From Eledone cirrhosa (taxonomy: Eukaryota): 64,000 nucleotides of DNA. The position numbers were made by a program, and so were the translations under genes. The stretch lies in the NCBI GenBank assembly GCA_964016885.1, contig OZ024742.1, forward strand, positions 32,798,001-32,862,000, given 5' to 3'. The notes below the pieces were generated by a model. The model was not told the DNA's origin, did no database searches, and was given only the letters and a program-made list of their open reading frames with translations. How positions within the stretch are numbered: position 1 is the first letter of the stretch; each line of letters begins with the position of its first letter. Shown in pieces: positions 38,326-53,159 of the stretch.

Positions 38326-39530
38326 CATCATCATCATCATCATCACCGTTTCACGTCCGTTCTTCCACGCTAGCATGGGTTAGACGGGTTGTCCTGTTGT
38401 GGGCAGTGTCTGGTCGGCTGACCATGCCTTGCTCATACAGGAACTGATCTGGCTTGATTTCTACAGCTGGATGCCCTTCCTAACACCAACCTCATTTACA
38501 GTGAGTGCTGGGTGCTTTTTCGTGGCGCCTACACGTCCACTTTACAGTGTGGGCTGGGTGCTTTTTTGCCGTGGCACCTCCACGACCACCTTGCGGTTGG
38601 GGGGGGGGGGGGGGGCATATTGTTTATATGCTTCAGCATGTACCCATGGGAGGTCGGGTACCCTGTATTACAGCGTGGCGCCAGAAGTCACGGTCGTGTG
38701 TCATTGACTTTGAGAGGTGTAGTTGGGTAAGGTCGGCTTTTATCACCTCATCCCAAGTCATCTTGGGTCTCCCCACTCCGCGGTTTCCATCAACTTCTAG
38801 TGCTCTGCACCTTTTTATGCAGCTGTCATCCTTCATACGCATCACATGTCCATACCAGCGTAACCGCCTCTCCTGCACGCAGCATTTGATTCCTCTTATG
38901 CTCAGTCTCTCTCTCAATTCATTTATGCTTTGTCGTTCACGTATATTACTGTTACACATCCATCGGAGCATGCAGGCTTCGTTTCTCTCTAATCTACGTA
39001 AGTCTTCCACCTTCAGCGCCCAGGTCTCACTACCATGCAACATCGCTGTTCGGATACACGCATCATACAGTCTGCCTTTCATTCTGAGGGAGAAGCCTTT
39101 TGCAGCTAGCAGTGGTAGTAGTTCCCTAAACTTCTTCCATCCCGTTCTTACCCTAGTTATTGTACTTTCTGAGCACCCACCTCCGTTGCTAATTCGGTCA
39201 CCTAGGTAGCAGAAGCTGTCTACTGTTTCTACAGGGCCCTCCCAGAGATTGGTGGTACTTGTTTCCTGTGGCTGTTTGCTTGCTGTTTCAGCACAGCTGC
39301 TGCATGTGAATCCTACATTCTTAATTAAGCTTCCTGAGATCCCGCTACATCTCTTGTGTACCCATTGTTTGCATTTGGGGCAAAGAATGGAGTTCCTACC
39401 TACACCTTTCCTACATACTGAGCAAGGCCATTTCCCTGAGGGGATCTGGGTTCTGTTTTCTCGTCTACTTATAAGGACCTTAGTCTTTGTCATGTTGACT
39501 TTGAGGCCCTTTCTCTCTAGTCCCTGCTTC
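38326..39530 (-). mobile_element. RTE family B, 5'-truncated
   Basis: ORF 38633-39541 matches the 32580-33482 region; (CAT)n tail on the + strand. Confidence 0.93.
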
Positions 39531-39625
39531 CCTGCTTCCAATTATATATATATACGCATATACATATATATATATATACGCATATACATATATATATATA
39601 CATGTATATACATATATATATGTAC

Positions 39626-39658
<33 letters not shown>

Positions 39659-39659
39659 C

Positions 39660-39740
<81 letters not shown>

Positions 39741-40374
39741 CATATATATACATATATATATATATATACATATATATATACATATATATATATATATACA
39801 TATATATATACATATATATATATATATACATATATATATACATATATATATACATATATTCATATATAAATACATATATATATATATACATATATTCATA
39901 TATAAATACATATATATATATATACATATATTCATATATAAATACCTTCCTCACACTTTCACTCACTCACTGTTTTTCTCCCTCTTCTCTTCATTTCATC
40001 CTGCACTCACGAACGCTATTTTTTCTCTCTCTGCTCAATAGCCTTCGTTCGTGTTGGTACTATTCTCTAAGCGCTCATATATTCACCTAGCTTATGCTAA
40101 ACAGAATAATTTTTGAAGCTAGTTTCTCCCCTACGGTATGCTATATTTTCTGTTGTTCTCCTGTCTCACTCGCTTTACGCGTTTTAATTGTCCTAATAAC
40201 TTATTTTGGTTATTATTGCACCGAAGTGAGATATATGATTTTTAATGCAATGAAATATCTATGATCTTCGGCAAATCACTGATGAGGGACTTATTTTATT
40301 ACATGTTACCATGTGCTACCTGCAGTATTTTTCTCTATATTTTAATACATATATATATACATATATATATATTT

Positions 40375-40414
<40 letters not shown>

Positions 40415-40422
40415 GTATATAC

Positions 40423-40453
<31 letters not shown>

Positions 40454-40559
40454 CATATATATACACATATATATACACATATATATACATATATATATAC
40501 ACATATATATATACATATATATATATACACATATATATATACATATATATATATACACA

Positions 40560-40611
<52 letters not shown>

Positions 40612-40686
40612 CATATATATATATACACATATATATATACATATATATATATACACATATATATATATATATATACATATATATAC

Positions 40687-40717
<31 letters not shown>

Positions 40718-40780
40718 CATAAATATATACATATATACATATATATATACATATATACATATATATATATACATATATAT

Positions 40781-40825
<45 letters not shown>

Positions 40826-40831
40826 CATACA

Positions 40832-40863
<32 letters not shown>

Positions 40864-40882
40864 CATACATATATATATATAC

Positions 40883-40913
<31 letters not shown>

Positions 40914-41331
40914 CATATACATATATATATATACATATATATATATATACATATACATATATATACGCATATACATATATATATACATATATAATTATAC
41001 ATATATATACATATATATATAGATATATATACATATATATATACATATATACATATATATATACATATATATACATATATATATACATATATATATGCAT
41101 ATACATATATATATATACATATATATACATATACATATACATATATACATATATATACATATACATATATACATATACATATATATATGCATATACATAT
41201 ATATATATACATATATATACATGTATACATATATATATATACATATACATATATATATATATACATATATATATATACATATATATACACATATATATAC
41301 ATGTATACACATATATATATACATATATATT

Positions 41332-41378
<47 letters not shown>

Positions 41379-41441
41379 ATGCATATACATATATATTTAT
41401 ACATATATATACATGTATACACATATATATACATATATATT

Positions 41442-41517
<76 letters not shown>

Positions 41518-41554
41518 TATACATATATATACATATATACATATATATATACAT

Positions 41555-44500
41555 ATCATCATCATCATCAACGTTTAACGTCCGTGTTCCACGCTTGCAT
41601 GGGTTTGGACGGGGGTAGTCCCACTTGAGGCAAGAGTGATTGTCTTGCTCGCATAGGACTGTCTGGCAGGTTTTCTACAGTTGGATGCCCTTCCTAACAC
41701 CAACCACATTTACAGTGTGGGTCTGGGAGGTTTTTACCGTGTTGCCTACACGGCCACATTACAGCGTGGACTGTGTGTTTTTTTGTCGTGACACCTACAC
41801 GATCTCATTTGTTTCGGCCTATGGCGCGGCACCAACATAACATTACATAGAACGGGGTGGTGTGGATGGGGTGGGGGTGGTGGTGGTGGTGGGACGGGGT
41901 GTATTTTGTTAGAGATGCCTACTGGTTGGAGTAGGTTTTACTATATATTTAGGTAAGGCGGGTCTTCTCTGTTACTGAGTACCGCCAAAGGTCTCGGTCC
42001 AGTGACATTGTCTTGGAGAGGTGTAAGTGTGTGATGTCGGAGTTTATCTAATTTTTTCCTTAGTTCATTTATGCTTTGACGTTCACGTATATTACTGTTA
42101 CACATCCAGCGGAGCATGCAAGCTTCGTTCCTCTCTAGTCTGCGTATATCCTCTGCACACAATGCCCAGGTCTCACTGCCATGCAGCACTGCTGTTCGTA
42201 TGCAGGCATCGTACAACCTGCCTTTCATTTTTAGGGAGAACCCTTTAGCAGCTAATAGTGGTATAAGCTCTCTGAACTTTTTCCAACCAGTTCTGACTCT
42301 AGCTACAGTACTTTCAGAGCACCCTCCCCCACTGCTGATTTTATCGCCCAGGTAACGGAAGCTGTCCACTATTTCTATAGAACCCTCTGCGCAATTGAAA
42401 GAGCTAGTATTTTGTAGGCACTTGCTGCTACTTATTGCACCAGAACACCGGCCACATGTAAAATCTATGTTCTTAGTTAGCTTACCTGTGATCCCACTAC
42501 ATCTTTTATGCACCCATACTTTGCATTTAGGACATAAAATGGAGTTTCTACCTACGCCTTTCCTACACACCGAGCACGACCATTTCCCAGAAGGGACCGC
42601 CGCCTTGTTTTCTTTCCTACAAACTAGAACTTTGGTCTTAGCCAGGTTAATTTTAAGTCCTTTTGACTCTAGGCCGTGCTTCCATGTTTGGAATTTCTTC
42701 TCTAGCTCGGCCATTGATTACGCTATGAGTGTCAGGTCGTCTGCGTATAGGAGTTCCCATGGGCAGCCTGTCTTGAAATCCTCTGTTATAGCCTGAAGGG
42801 CAATAATAAATAGTAGGGGGCTGAGAACAGAGCCTTGATGGACGCCAACTTTTACGCTAAACTCTTCACTATATTCGTTGTTAATTCTAACCTTGCTGAC
42901 TGTTTCTTTATACATGGCTTGTATAGCCCTCACAAGCCATTCGTCAACGCCTAGTTTTCTAAGAGCCCACCAGATAATGGAGCGGGGGACTCTATCGAAG
43001 GCTTTCTCCAAGTCGACAAAAGCTAAGTAGAGGGGTTTACCTTTAGCTAGGTACTTCTCCTGTAGTTGTCGTACAATGAAAAGAGCGTCTGTGGTACTTT
43101 TGCCTGACACAAACCCGAACTGCATTTCATCTAGGTCAATTCTCTCTCTGATTAGTTGCGCTATTACTTTTTCCGTGACCTTCATGACCTGGTCGATTAA
43201 CTTAATGCCTCTATAGTTACTCCTATCTAGGGCGTCTCCTTTACCCTTATAACAGTTAACGATGATGCTGCTATGCCAGTCCTTCGGAACAACCCCATTC
43301 TGTACGACTTGGTTAACTATGCGGGTGACCATGGTGTGTCCCACCGTGCCAGATGCCTTCAGCATCTCAGCAACTATTTCCGAAGGCCCAGCCGCCTTAC
43401 CCGTCTTCATATCCTTGATTGCCTTACTTATTATACTCCCCTCGACTAACACTGCTGGTCCCTCTATTGGGTCGATATGGGGGAGACTGTCTTTCTCCCA
43501 TTTATTCTCCTCATTTAGTAGCCTTTCGTAGTGACACTTCCAAGCTACCTTCTTATCAGCGTCGGTGATGGCAAGTGTGCCATCGTCGTTTAGTACACAC
43601 TTCTCCCCGACAATATCACGGTTTTCCTTGACGCATTGCCTAGCAATCCTGAACACCTCACGTTTTTGGTCATCGCGTTGTAGAACATGCTTGAACTTTC
43701 TTTCCTCAGCTTCCCTTGTTGCTAAGTACACTTGTCTCCTAGCTTCCCTCCTGGCCACTTGATAGTCTTCTCTACTTCCCCCATCCCGCCATACTTTCCA
43801 AGCCTGCTTTTTGGCCTTAATTGACCCCTCCACCTTACTGTTCCACCACCATGTTACTCTCCTCCTGCCTACAGGCCTGCTCCAGCCACAGACTTCGTCT
43901 GTCGCCAACAGCAGGTTTGCTTTCAGAAATTCCCACTCTCCCTCTATATTGTCCGACTCTAAATGTTCTTCCTTACTGTCGAAAGCATCAAGTAATATGC
44001 TTTGAAATTTATTCCTGGCTGTGGGGTCCTTTAGTTTCCATATTTTTCTCCTGAGGATAGTCCTCTTCTGCTGTCGAGTACGTCTCGTCCTGACTATTAG
44101 GTCGCTAATTATCAGTCTATGTTGGGAGGTCCATTCTTCATGGGGGAGGGATTTGGTGTTTACAACAGACACTCTGTCACGTCTTCTGGTAAGGATATAA
44201 TCTACCTGGCTTGTGTGTTCCCCGGATCTATAGGTGATCAGGTGATTGTCACGTTTTTTGAAGTTAGTGTTACAGATAGTTGGGTTATTTGCATCACAGA
44301 ATTCCAGGATTCTGGAGCCTTCCTCATTTCTAGTACCAAACCCATAGCCTCCATGGATTTCGTCGTAGCCGTCACAATGTTGTCCAACGTGACCATTTAG
44401 GTCGCCTGCAATAATTATATAGTCACTGTCGGATATTTGGGAGGTAGTTAGCATCAGTGTCTCATAGAATCTGTCTTTTATAGTGCCGGGCAGTCCGGAT

Positions 44501-44908
44501 TGGGGTGCGTACGCAGATATTACTGTCACCGTAGTTCTATTGAGGACAAGTCGTATTTTAATTATTCTGTCGTTCACTCTATTTACGTCTATTATCTTAT
44601 CTGCCCACTTTTCCACTACCATGATTCCTACTCCACCCAGCCCATCGTCGTTTCCCACCCAGAAAAGCTTATAACATCGTTTTTTACCCTCAATGAATCT
44701 AGAAGACCCACCCCTCCACCTGGTCTCTTGGATACAACAAACATCGACCTCCTTACGTTCAAGCATTTCTACAACCTCGTTAGCGCGACCCTTTAGGGTG
44801 CCTACATTTATGGTACCAACTCTGAAGTTTTGGATTGCGTTTGGGGGTTGGGGGCGGGGGGGGGGGGGGGGGGGATGGTGTTATGTTAGCCGTCCGCGGT
44901 CGAAACAA
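41555..44908 (-). mobile_element. RTE family A copy 2, pseudogene
   Basis: Highly similar to 12091-15606. GAA>TAA at 42718-42720 and a deletion of about 158 bp at 42048. Confidence 0.95.
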
Positions 44909-44995
44909 TATATATACGTATATACATATATATATACATATATATACGTATATACATACATATATATATATATACATATATATACGTATATACAT

Positions 44996-45367
44996 GGTGG
45001 CTGCCAACTCGTTTTCGAGTACGGCCACTACTTTATATACATGTAGGAGAACCCCTACCGATGCGCTGAACGAATGTGACTTTTTATTCCAGCCAGCGAC
45101 TTGAAAACTCTGGTACAAACACTACACTTGTGACAATTATTGACACATAGTGCTGGGCCCATGGTACCCTGTGACGACAAGTGCAGAGATCTCCAGATAT
45201 AAAGCAATGCCTGTGCCGTGAAGCTTTTATAGTGAGCAAAGGCACTGCACAAAGCCAGTCCCACTCTCTTAACCAAGATGATATTTACCAAAAAGAAGAA
45301 CAAGTCAACATCATTGGATACCATCAGGGTTGCAGGTGTTATATCAGAGTTTTCCTTCTCCTAGAAT
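44996..45367 (-). mobile_element. 5'-truncated copy of the 30469 element
   Basis: Nearly identical sequence; encodes [22 protein letters not shown]. Confidence 0.85.
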
Positions 45368-45369
45368 AC

Positions 45370-45484
<115 letters not shown>

Positions 45485-45501
45485 CATATATATATATACA
45501 C

Positions 45502-45830
<329 letters not shown>

Positions 45831-45831
45831 C

Positions 45832-45902
<71 letters not shown>

Positions 45903-45903
45903 C

Positions 45904-46010
<107 letters not shown>

Positions 46011-46031
46011 CATATATACATATATATATAC

Positions 46032-46086
<55 letters not shown>

Positions 46087-46123
46087 CATATATATATACA
46101 CATATATATACATATATATATAC

Positions 46124-46158
<35 letters not shown>

Positions 46159-46171
46159 CATATATATATAC

Positions 46172-46545
46172 ATATCTTTATTCAAAACAACAAACGGCGG
46201 AGGACGTGTTTCGCACCTTTCCGACAGACAACCTTTCCCCCACTCCGGAAAAAACCCCCAGTTGATGGATCTGAATCCGAAATATATAGGGAGAATTAAA
46301 TCTCTCCCAAGGTAACTCTCGCTCGTGTTCTTATTTTTATTTTATCCTTTACGCTCTTTCCTTCATTCCTCTACACGTCTTATACACACCACGCATCTCA
46401 ACGTACACCCACTTACATCTCTCTCTCCACCACCGGATCTTGTTACCCGGAGATTTACCCATTTGCATTGTCCAGGCTTCCAAACGACTTAAAGATATTT
46501 ACCTATTATTTCACGATGCTTCAAGCAAACTTCAATACTCTCTTA
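46172..46545 (+). mobile_element. Penelope-like remnant with a mutated minimal hammerhead (46255-46292)
   Basis: CCC-CAGTTGA-T-GGAT ctga ATCC-GAAA-TATA-TA-GGG; the core differs from CTGATGA at two positions. Confidence 0.45.
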
Positions 46546-46555
46546 TATATACATA

Positions 46556-46628
<73 letters not shown>

Positions 46629-46826
46629 ACATATATATATACAAATATATATATACATATACATATATACATATACATATATATACATATACATATATAT
46701 ACATATACATATATATATATACATATACATATATACATATACATATATACATATACATATACATATACATATATATATATATACATATATATATATACAT
46801 ATATATATATACATATACATATATAC

Positions 46827-46857
<31 letters not shown>

Positions 46858-46930
46858 CATATATATATATACATATATATATATATACATATATATATAT
46901 ACATATATATATATACATATATATATATAC

Positions 46931-46997
<67 letters not shown>

Positions 46998-47084
46998 CAT
47001 ATATATATATACATATATATATATACATATATATATATACATATATATATATACATATATATATATATACATATATATATATAC

Positions 47085-47115
<31 letters not shown>

Positions 47116-47198
47116 CATATATATACATATATATATATACATATATATATATACATATATATATATATACATATATATATATACATATATATATATAC

Positions 47199-47245
<47 letters not shown>

Positions 47246-47316
47246 CATATATATATATACATATATATATATACATATATATATATACATATATATATAT
47301 ACATATATATATATAC

Positions 47317-47403
<87 letters not shown>

Positions 47404-47510
47404 TATACATATACATATATATATACATATATATATACATATATATATACACATATATATATATACACATATATATATATACACATATATATATACATAT
47501 ATATATATAC

Positions 47511-47557
<47 letters not shown>

Positions 47558-47558
47558 C

Positions 47559-47737
<179 letters not shown>

Positions 47738-47750
47738 CCTATATATATAC

Positions 47751-47821
<71 letters not shown>

Positions 47822-47827
47822 TATACA

Positions 47828-47959
<132 letters not shown>

Positions 47960-47970
47960 CATATATATAC

Positions 47971-48089
<119 letters not shown>

Positions 48090-48095
48090 TATACA

Positions 48096-48153
<58 letters not shown>

Positions 48154-48159
48154 TATACA

Positions 48160-48195
<36 letters not shown>

Positions 48196-48204
48196 CATAT
48201 ATAC

Positions 48205-48255
<51 letters not shown>

Positions 48256-48264
48256 CATATATAC

Positions 48265-48359
<95 letters not shown>

Positions 48360-48483
48360 CATATATATACATATATATATATATACATATATATAAATAT
48401 ACATATATATATATGTATATATATGTATATATATATACATTTATATATATGTATACATTTATATATAAATATACATATATATG

Positions 48484-48517
<34 letters not shown>

Positions 48518-48527
48518 CATATATATG

Positions 48528-48564
<37 letters not shown>

Positions 48565-48779
48565 TTCGTTTCTGAATTTGTTTAGCAAGATTCTTTATCT
48601 GAAATCGTGTGTTGAAACCGATATTGTTATACTTTGGGAGGGTCATGTTGCCAATAAGAAACACACGCACCAGTTGCTTTCACTTCAATTTAATTTATTA
48701 TATATTTATAAATTTACAAATTTATAAATTTCTGGTTGGTTGGTTGGTTCCACAACCAGATAGTTGTTTATATATATAT

Positions 48780-48824
48780 AGTCATAGTTCTTTCGTCACA
48801 CACTCTGTGACCTCTTCAGTGACT
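48780..48824 (-). ncRNA. Minimal type I hammerhead
   Basis: AGTCA-CTGAAGA-G-GTCACA gagtg TGTGAC-GAAA-GAAC-TA-TGACT. Confidence 0.75.
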
Positions 48825-48903
48825 GGGGATTTCTTTCTTCGTTTCTGTGCCTTTCCTTTCTTCTATCCTACGCCATTTTGTTTGTGTGTGGCAACCCATA
48901 TAC

Positions 48904-48970
<67 letters not shown>

Positions 48971-48985
48971 CATATACATATATAC

Positions 48986-49016
<31 letters not shown>

Positions 49017-49063
49017 CATATACATATACATATATATACATATACATATACATATATATATAC

Positions 49064-49095
<32 letters not shown>

Positions 49096-49097
49096 CC

Positions 49098-49240
<143 letters not shown>

Positions 49241-49247
49241 TATATAC

Positions 49248-49279
<32 letters not shown>

Positions 49280-49341
49280 CCATATATATATATATCCATA
49301 TATATATATACATATATATATATATACATATATATATATAC

Positions 49342-49372
<31 letters not shown>

Positions 49373-49419
49373 CATATACATATACATATATATACATATA
49401 CATATACATATATATATAC

Positions 49420-49451
<32 letters not shown>

Positions 49452-49463
49452 CCATATATATAC

Positions 49464-49524
<61 letters not shown>

Positions 49525-49605
49525 CATATATATACATACATATATATATACATACATATATATATATACATACATATATATATATACATACATATATATA
49601 TATAC

Positions 49606-49784
<179 letters not shown>

Positions 49785-49785
49785 C

Positions 49786-49980
<195 letters not shown>

Positions 49981-49981
49981 C

Positions 49982-50228
<247 letters not shown>

Positions 50229-50229
50229 C

Positions 50230-50276
<47 letters not shown>

Positions 50277-50301
50277 TATATACATATATATACATATATA
50301 A

Positions 50302-52275
50302 TTATAGTGGCTTATTCTTCTCTAAGAACCTCTCTTGCAATTGTCTCACCAAGAAGAGGGCATCTGTTATACTCTTCCCAGGCACAAAACCAAACTGCAT
50401 CTCATCTAGTTTGACCCTTTCTCTAATTAGTTGTGCTAAAATCCTTTCTGCCACTTTCATAACCTGATCTATCAGTTTTATATTCCTATAATTGCTCCTC
50501 ACAAAGCATCCACTTTACCTTTGTAGCAATTTATGAGAATACTGCTGCACCAGTCGTTGCGTATGACACCACCATATATAGCCTGATTGATGATGCGTGC
50601 AACCAGTTTAGTGCCTACGTCCCCTGATGCCTTCAGCATCTCAGCAACTATTCCCGATGGTCCGGCAGCCTTACCATTTTTCATTTCCCTAATCGCCTCT
50701 TGGACCCTATATTCGTCAATCTCAATAGCTGGTCCCTCTGTCGGATCTACCAAGGGCAATTTCTCTCTCTCCCATTTGTTCTCCACATTGATCAGTCTCT
50801 CATAATGACATTTCCAGGCCTCCTTTTTCTGATCATTCGTGACACTAAGTACACCGGCATCATCCCGGACACATTTTTCCCCAACAATATCCTGATTTGC
50901 ATTGACACACTGCCTTGCAATGTGGAACACCGCACGCCTCTGATCTTCCCGTCGCAGAACATTGGCAAACCTCCTACTCTCTGTCTCCCTGCTTGCTAAG
51001 TACACCTGACGTCTAGCTTCTCTCTTAGTGGCTGTATATTCTTCCTTACTCCCACCCTTTTTCCAAGCCTTCCATGCTAGTCTTTTGTCTCTAATAGTCT
51101 TATCTATGGTGCTGTTCCACCACCAGGTCACTCTCTGTCTGGTTGGAGCTCTGCTCCAGCCACAAGTTTCATCAGTAGCCTGCAGCAAGTTGTCACGTAA
51201 GAAATTCCAGTTATTATCTATGTCATACATCTCTAAATCGTCTTCTTTTTCGTCATATACATCTTGAAGGGCTTTCCTAAATTTGTATTTTAGTGAAAGG
51301 TCTTTTAGCTTCCAGACCTTTCTTCTCCACACCTTCCTATGTCTCATTCCATCTCTTGCTTACTGAGATATCACTAACAACTAACCTATGCTGTGGGGTA
51401 CATTCTTCCCCAGGGTATGCCTTGGTATTAGACACTATCTGCCTGTCCCGCTGCCTAACTAGTAAGAAGTCAATCTGGCTTATGTGCTCACCAGATTTGT
51501 AGGTTATTAGGTGATTGGCAGGTTTCTAGAAGTTTGTGTTGCAAATAGTCAATGTACCTGCATCACAAAATTCAAGAAGTCTCACTCCTTCTTCATTTCT
51601 TGAACCGTAACCGTGCCCACCATGTACCACAGTGTAACCATCCTGGAGCTGTCCAACATGACCATTGAAGTCTCCTGCTAGCATAACGATGTCTCCGTCT
51701 TCTGTCATTGCGGTTGTTTGCAAAAGTTGCTCATAAAAGCAGTCTTTCTCATCTTTGCCTAGGCCTGCTTGGGGAGCATAGGCCGAGATGATTGTCAGTA
51801 GTCTCCTACCTACAACTAATCTAAGCTTAATTATTCGATTACTAACTCGAACTACCTCTATTGTCTTATTGATCCATTTCTCAGCCAGGAAAATGCCTAC
51901 TCCCCCTAACCCATCATCCTTACCTACCCAGAATAGCTTATAGCTAAGACGTTTGCCTACGACTAGTCTCGCAGAGGCACCTCTCCATCTCACCTCTTGC
52001 ACGCAGCACACATCCACCCGCCTTCGCTCCAGCATCTCCACTATTTCAGCAGATCTACCTCTGAGAGTGCCAACATTAAGTGTTGCAACTGAGATGCGAT
52101 GTCTTCATATTTTGTTGTTGTTCCTATTTGTTGCTGTGCTGATAAGCGTTTTGGCATCGATACACTGGTTGGATGCCCTTCCTAACACCAGCGCCACTTT
52201 ACAGCATGGACTGGGTGCTTTTATTTGTGCCACCAGCACTAGAGAGGATGTCTTACTAGACTTAAGGGACCTCTC
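50302..52275 (-). mobile_element. RTE family C, 5' part (APE and RT N-terminus), disrupted and 3'-truncated
   Basis: [28 protein letters not shown] and QFGF motifs, with stops and frameshifts. Confidence 0.92.
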
Positions 52276-52306
52276 TATACATATATATACATATATATAT
52301 ATATAC

Positions 52307-52345
<39 letters not shown>

Positions 52346-53059
52346 CATATATATATATATATACATACATACATATATATACATATATATATATACATAC
52401 ATACATATATATACATATATATATATACATACATACATACATATATATATATACATACATACATACATACATATACATACGTACATATATATACATACAT
52501 ACATACATATACATACATACATATATATACATACATATACATACATATATATACATACATATACATACATACATATATATACATACATATACATACATAT
52601 ACATACATACATATATATATATATACATATATATGTATATACATATATATGTATATATATATATGTATATACATATATATGTATATACATATATATGTAT
52701 ATACATATATATGTATATACATATATATGTATATATATATATGTATATATATATATATGTATATACATATATATGTATATACATATATATGTATATACAT
52801 ATATATGTATATATATATATATGTATATACATATATATGTATATACATATATATGTATATACATATATATGTATATATATATATATATATGTATATACAT
52901 ATATATGTATATACATATATATGTATATATATATATATATATATGTATATACATATATATGTATATACATATATATGTATATATATATATATATATGTAT
53001 ATACATATATATGTATATACATATATATGTATATATATATATATATATGTATATACATA

Positions 53060-53104
<45 letters not shown>

Positions 53105-53159
53105 GTATATACATATATATGTATATATATGTATATATATATATATATGTATATATATA

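Noticed and set aside
40225-40295. GAAA...TA and CTGATGA motifs in the 39942-40345 insert
   Set aside because: The motif order and the lack of a stem II partner do not give a complete hammerhead; at most a remnant.
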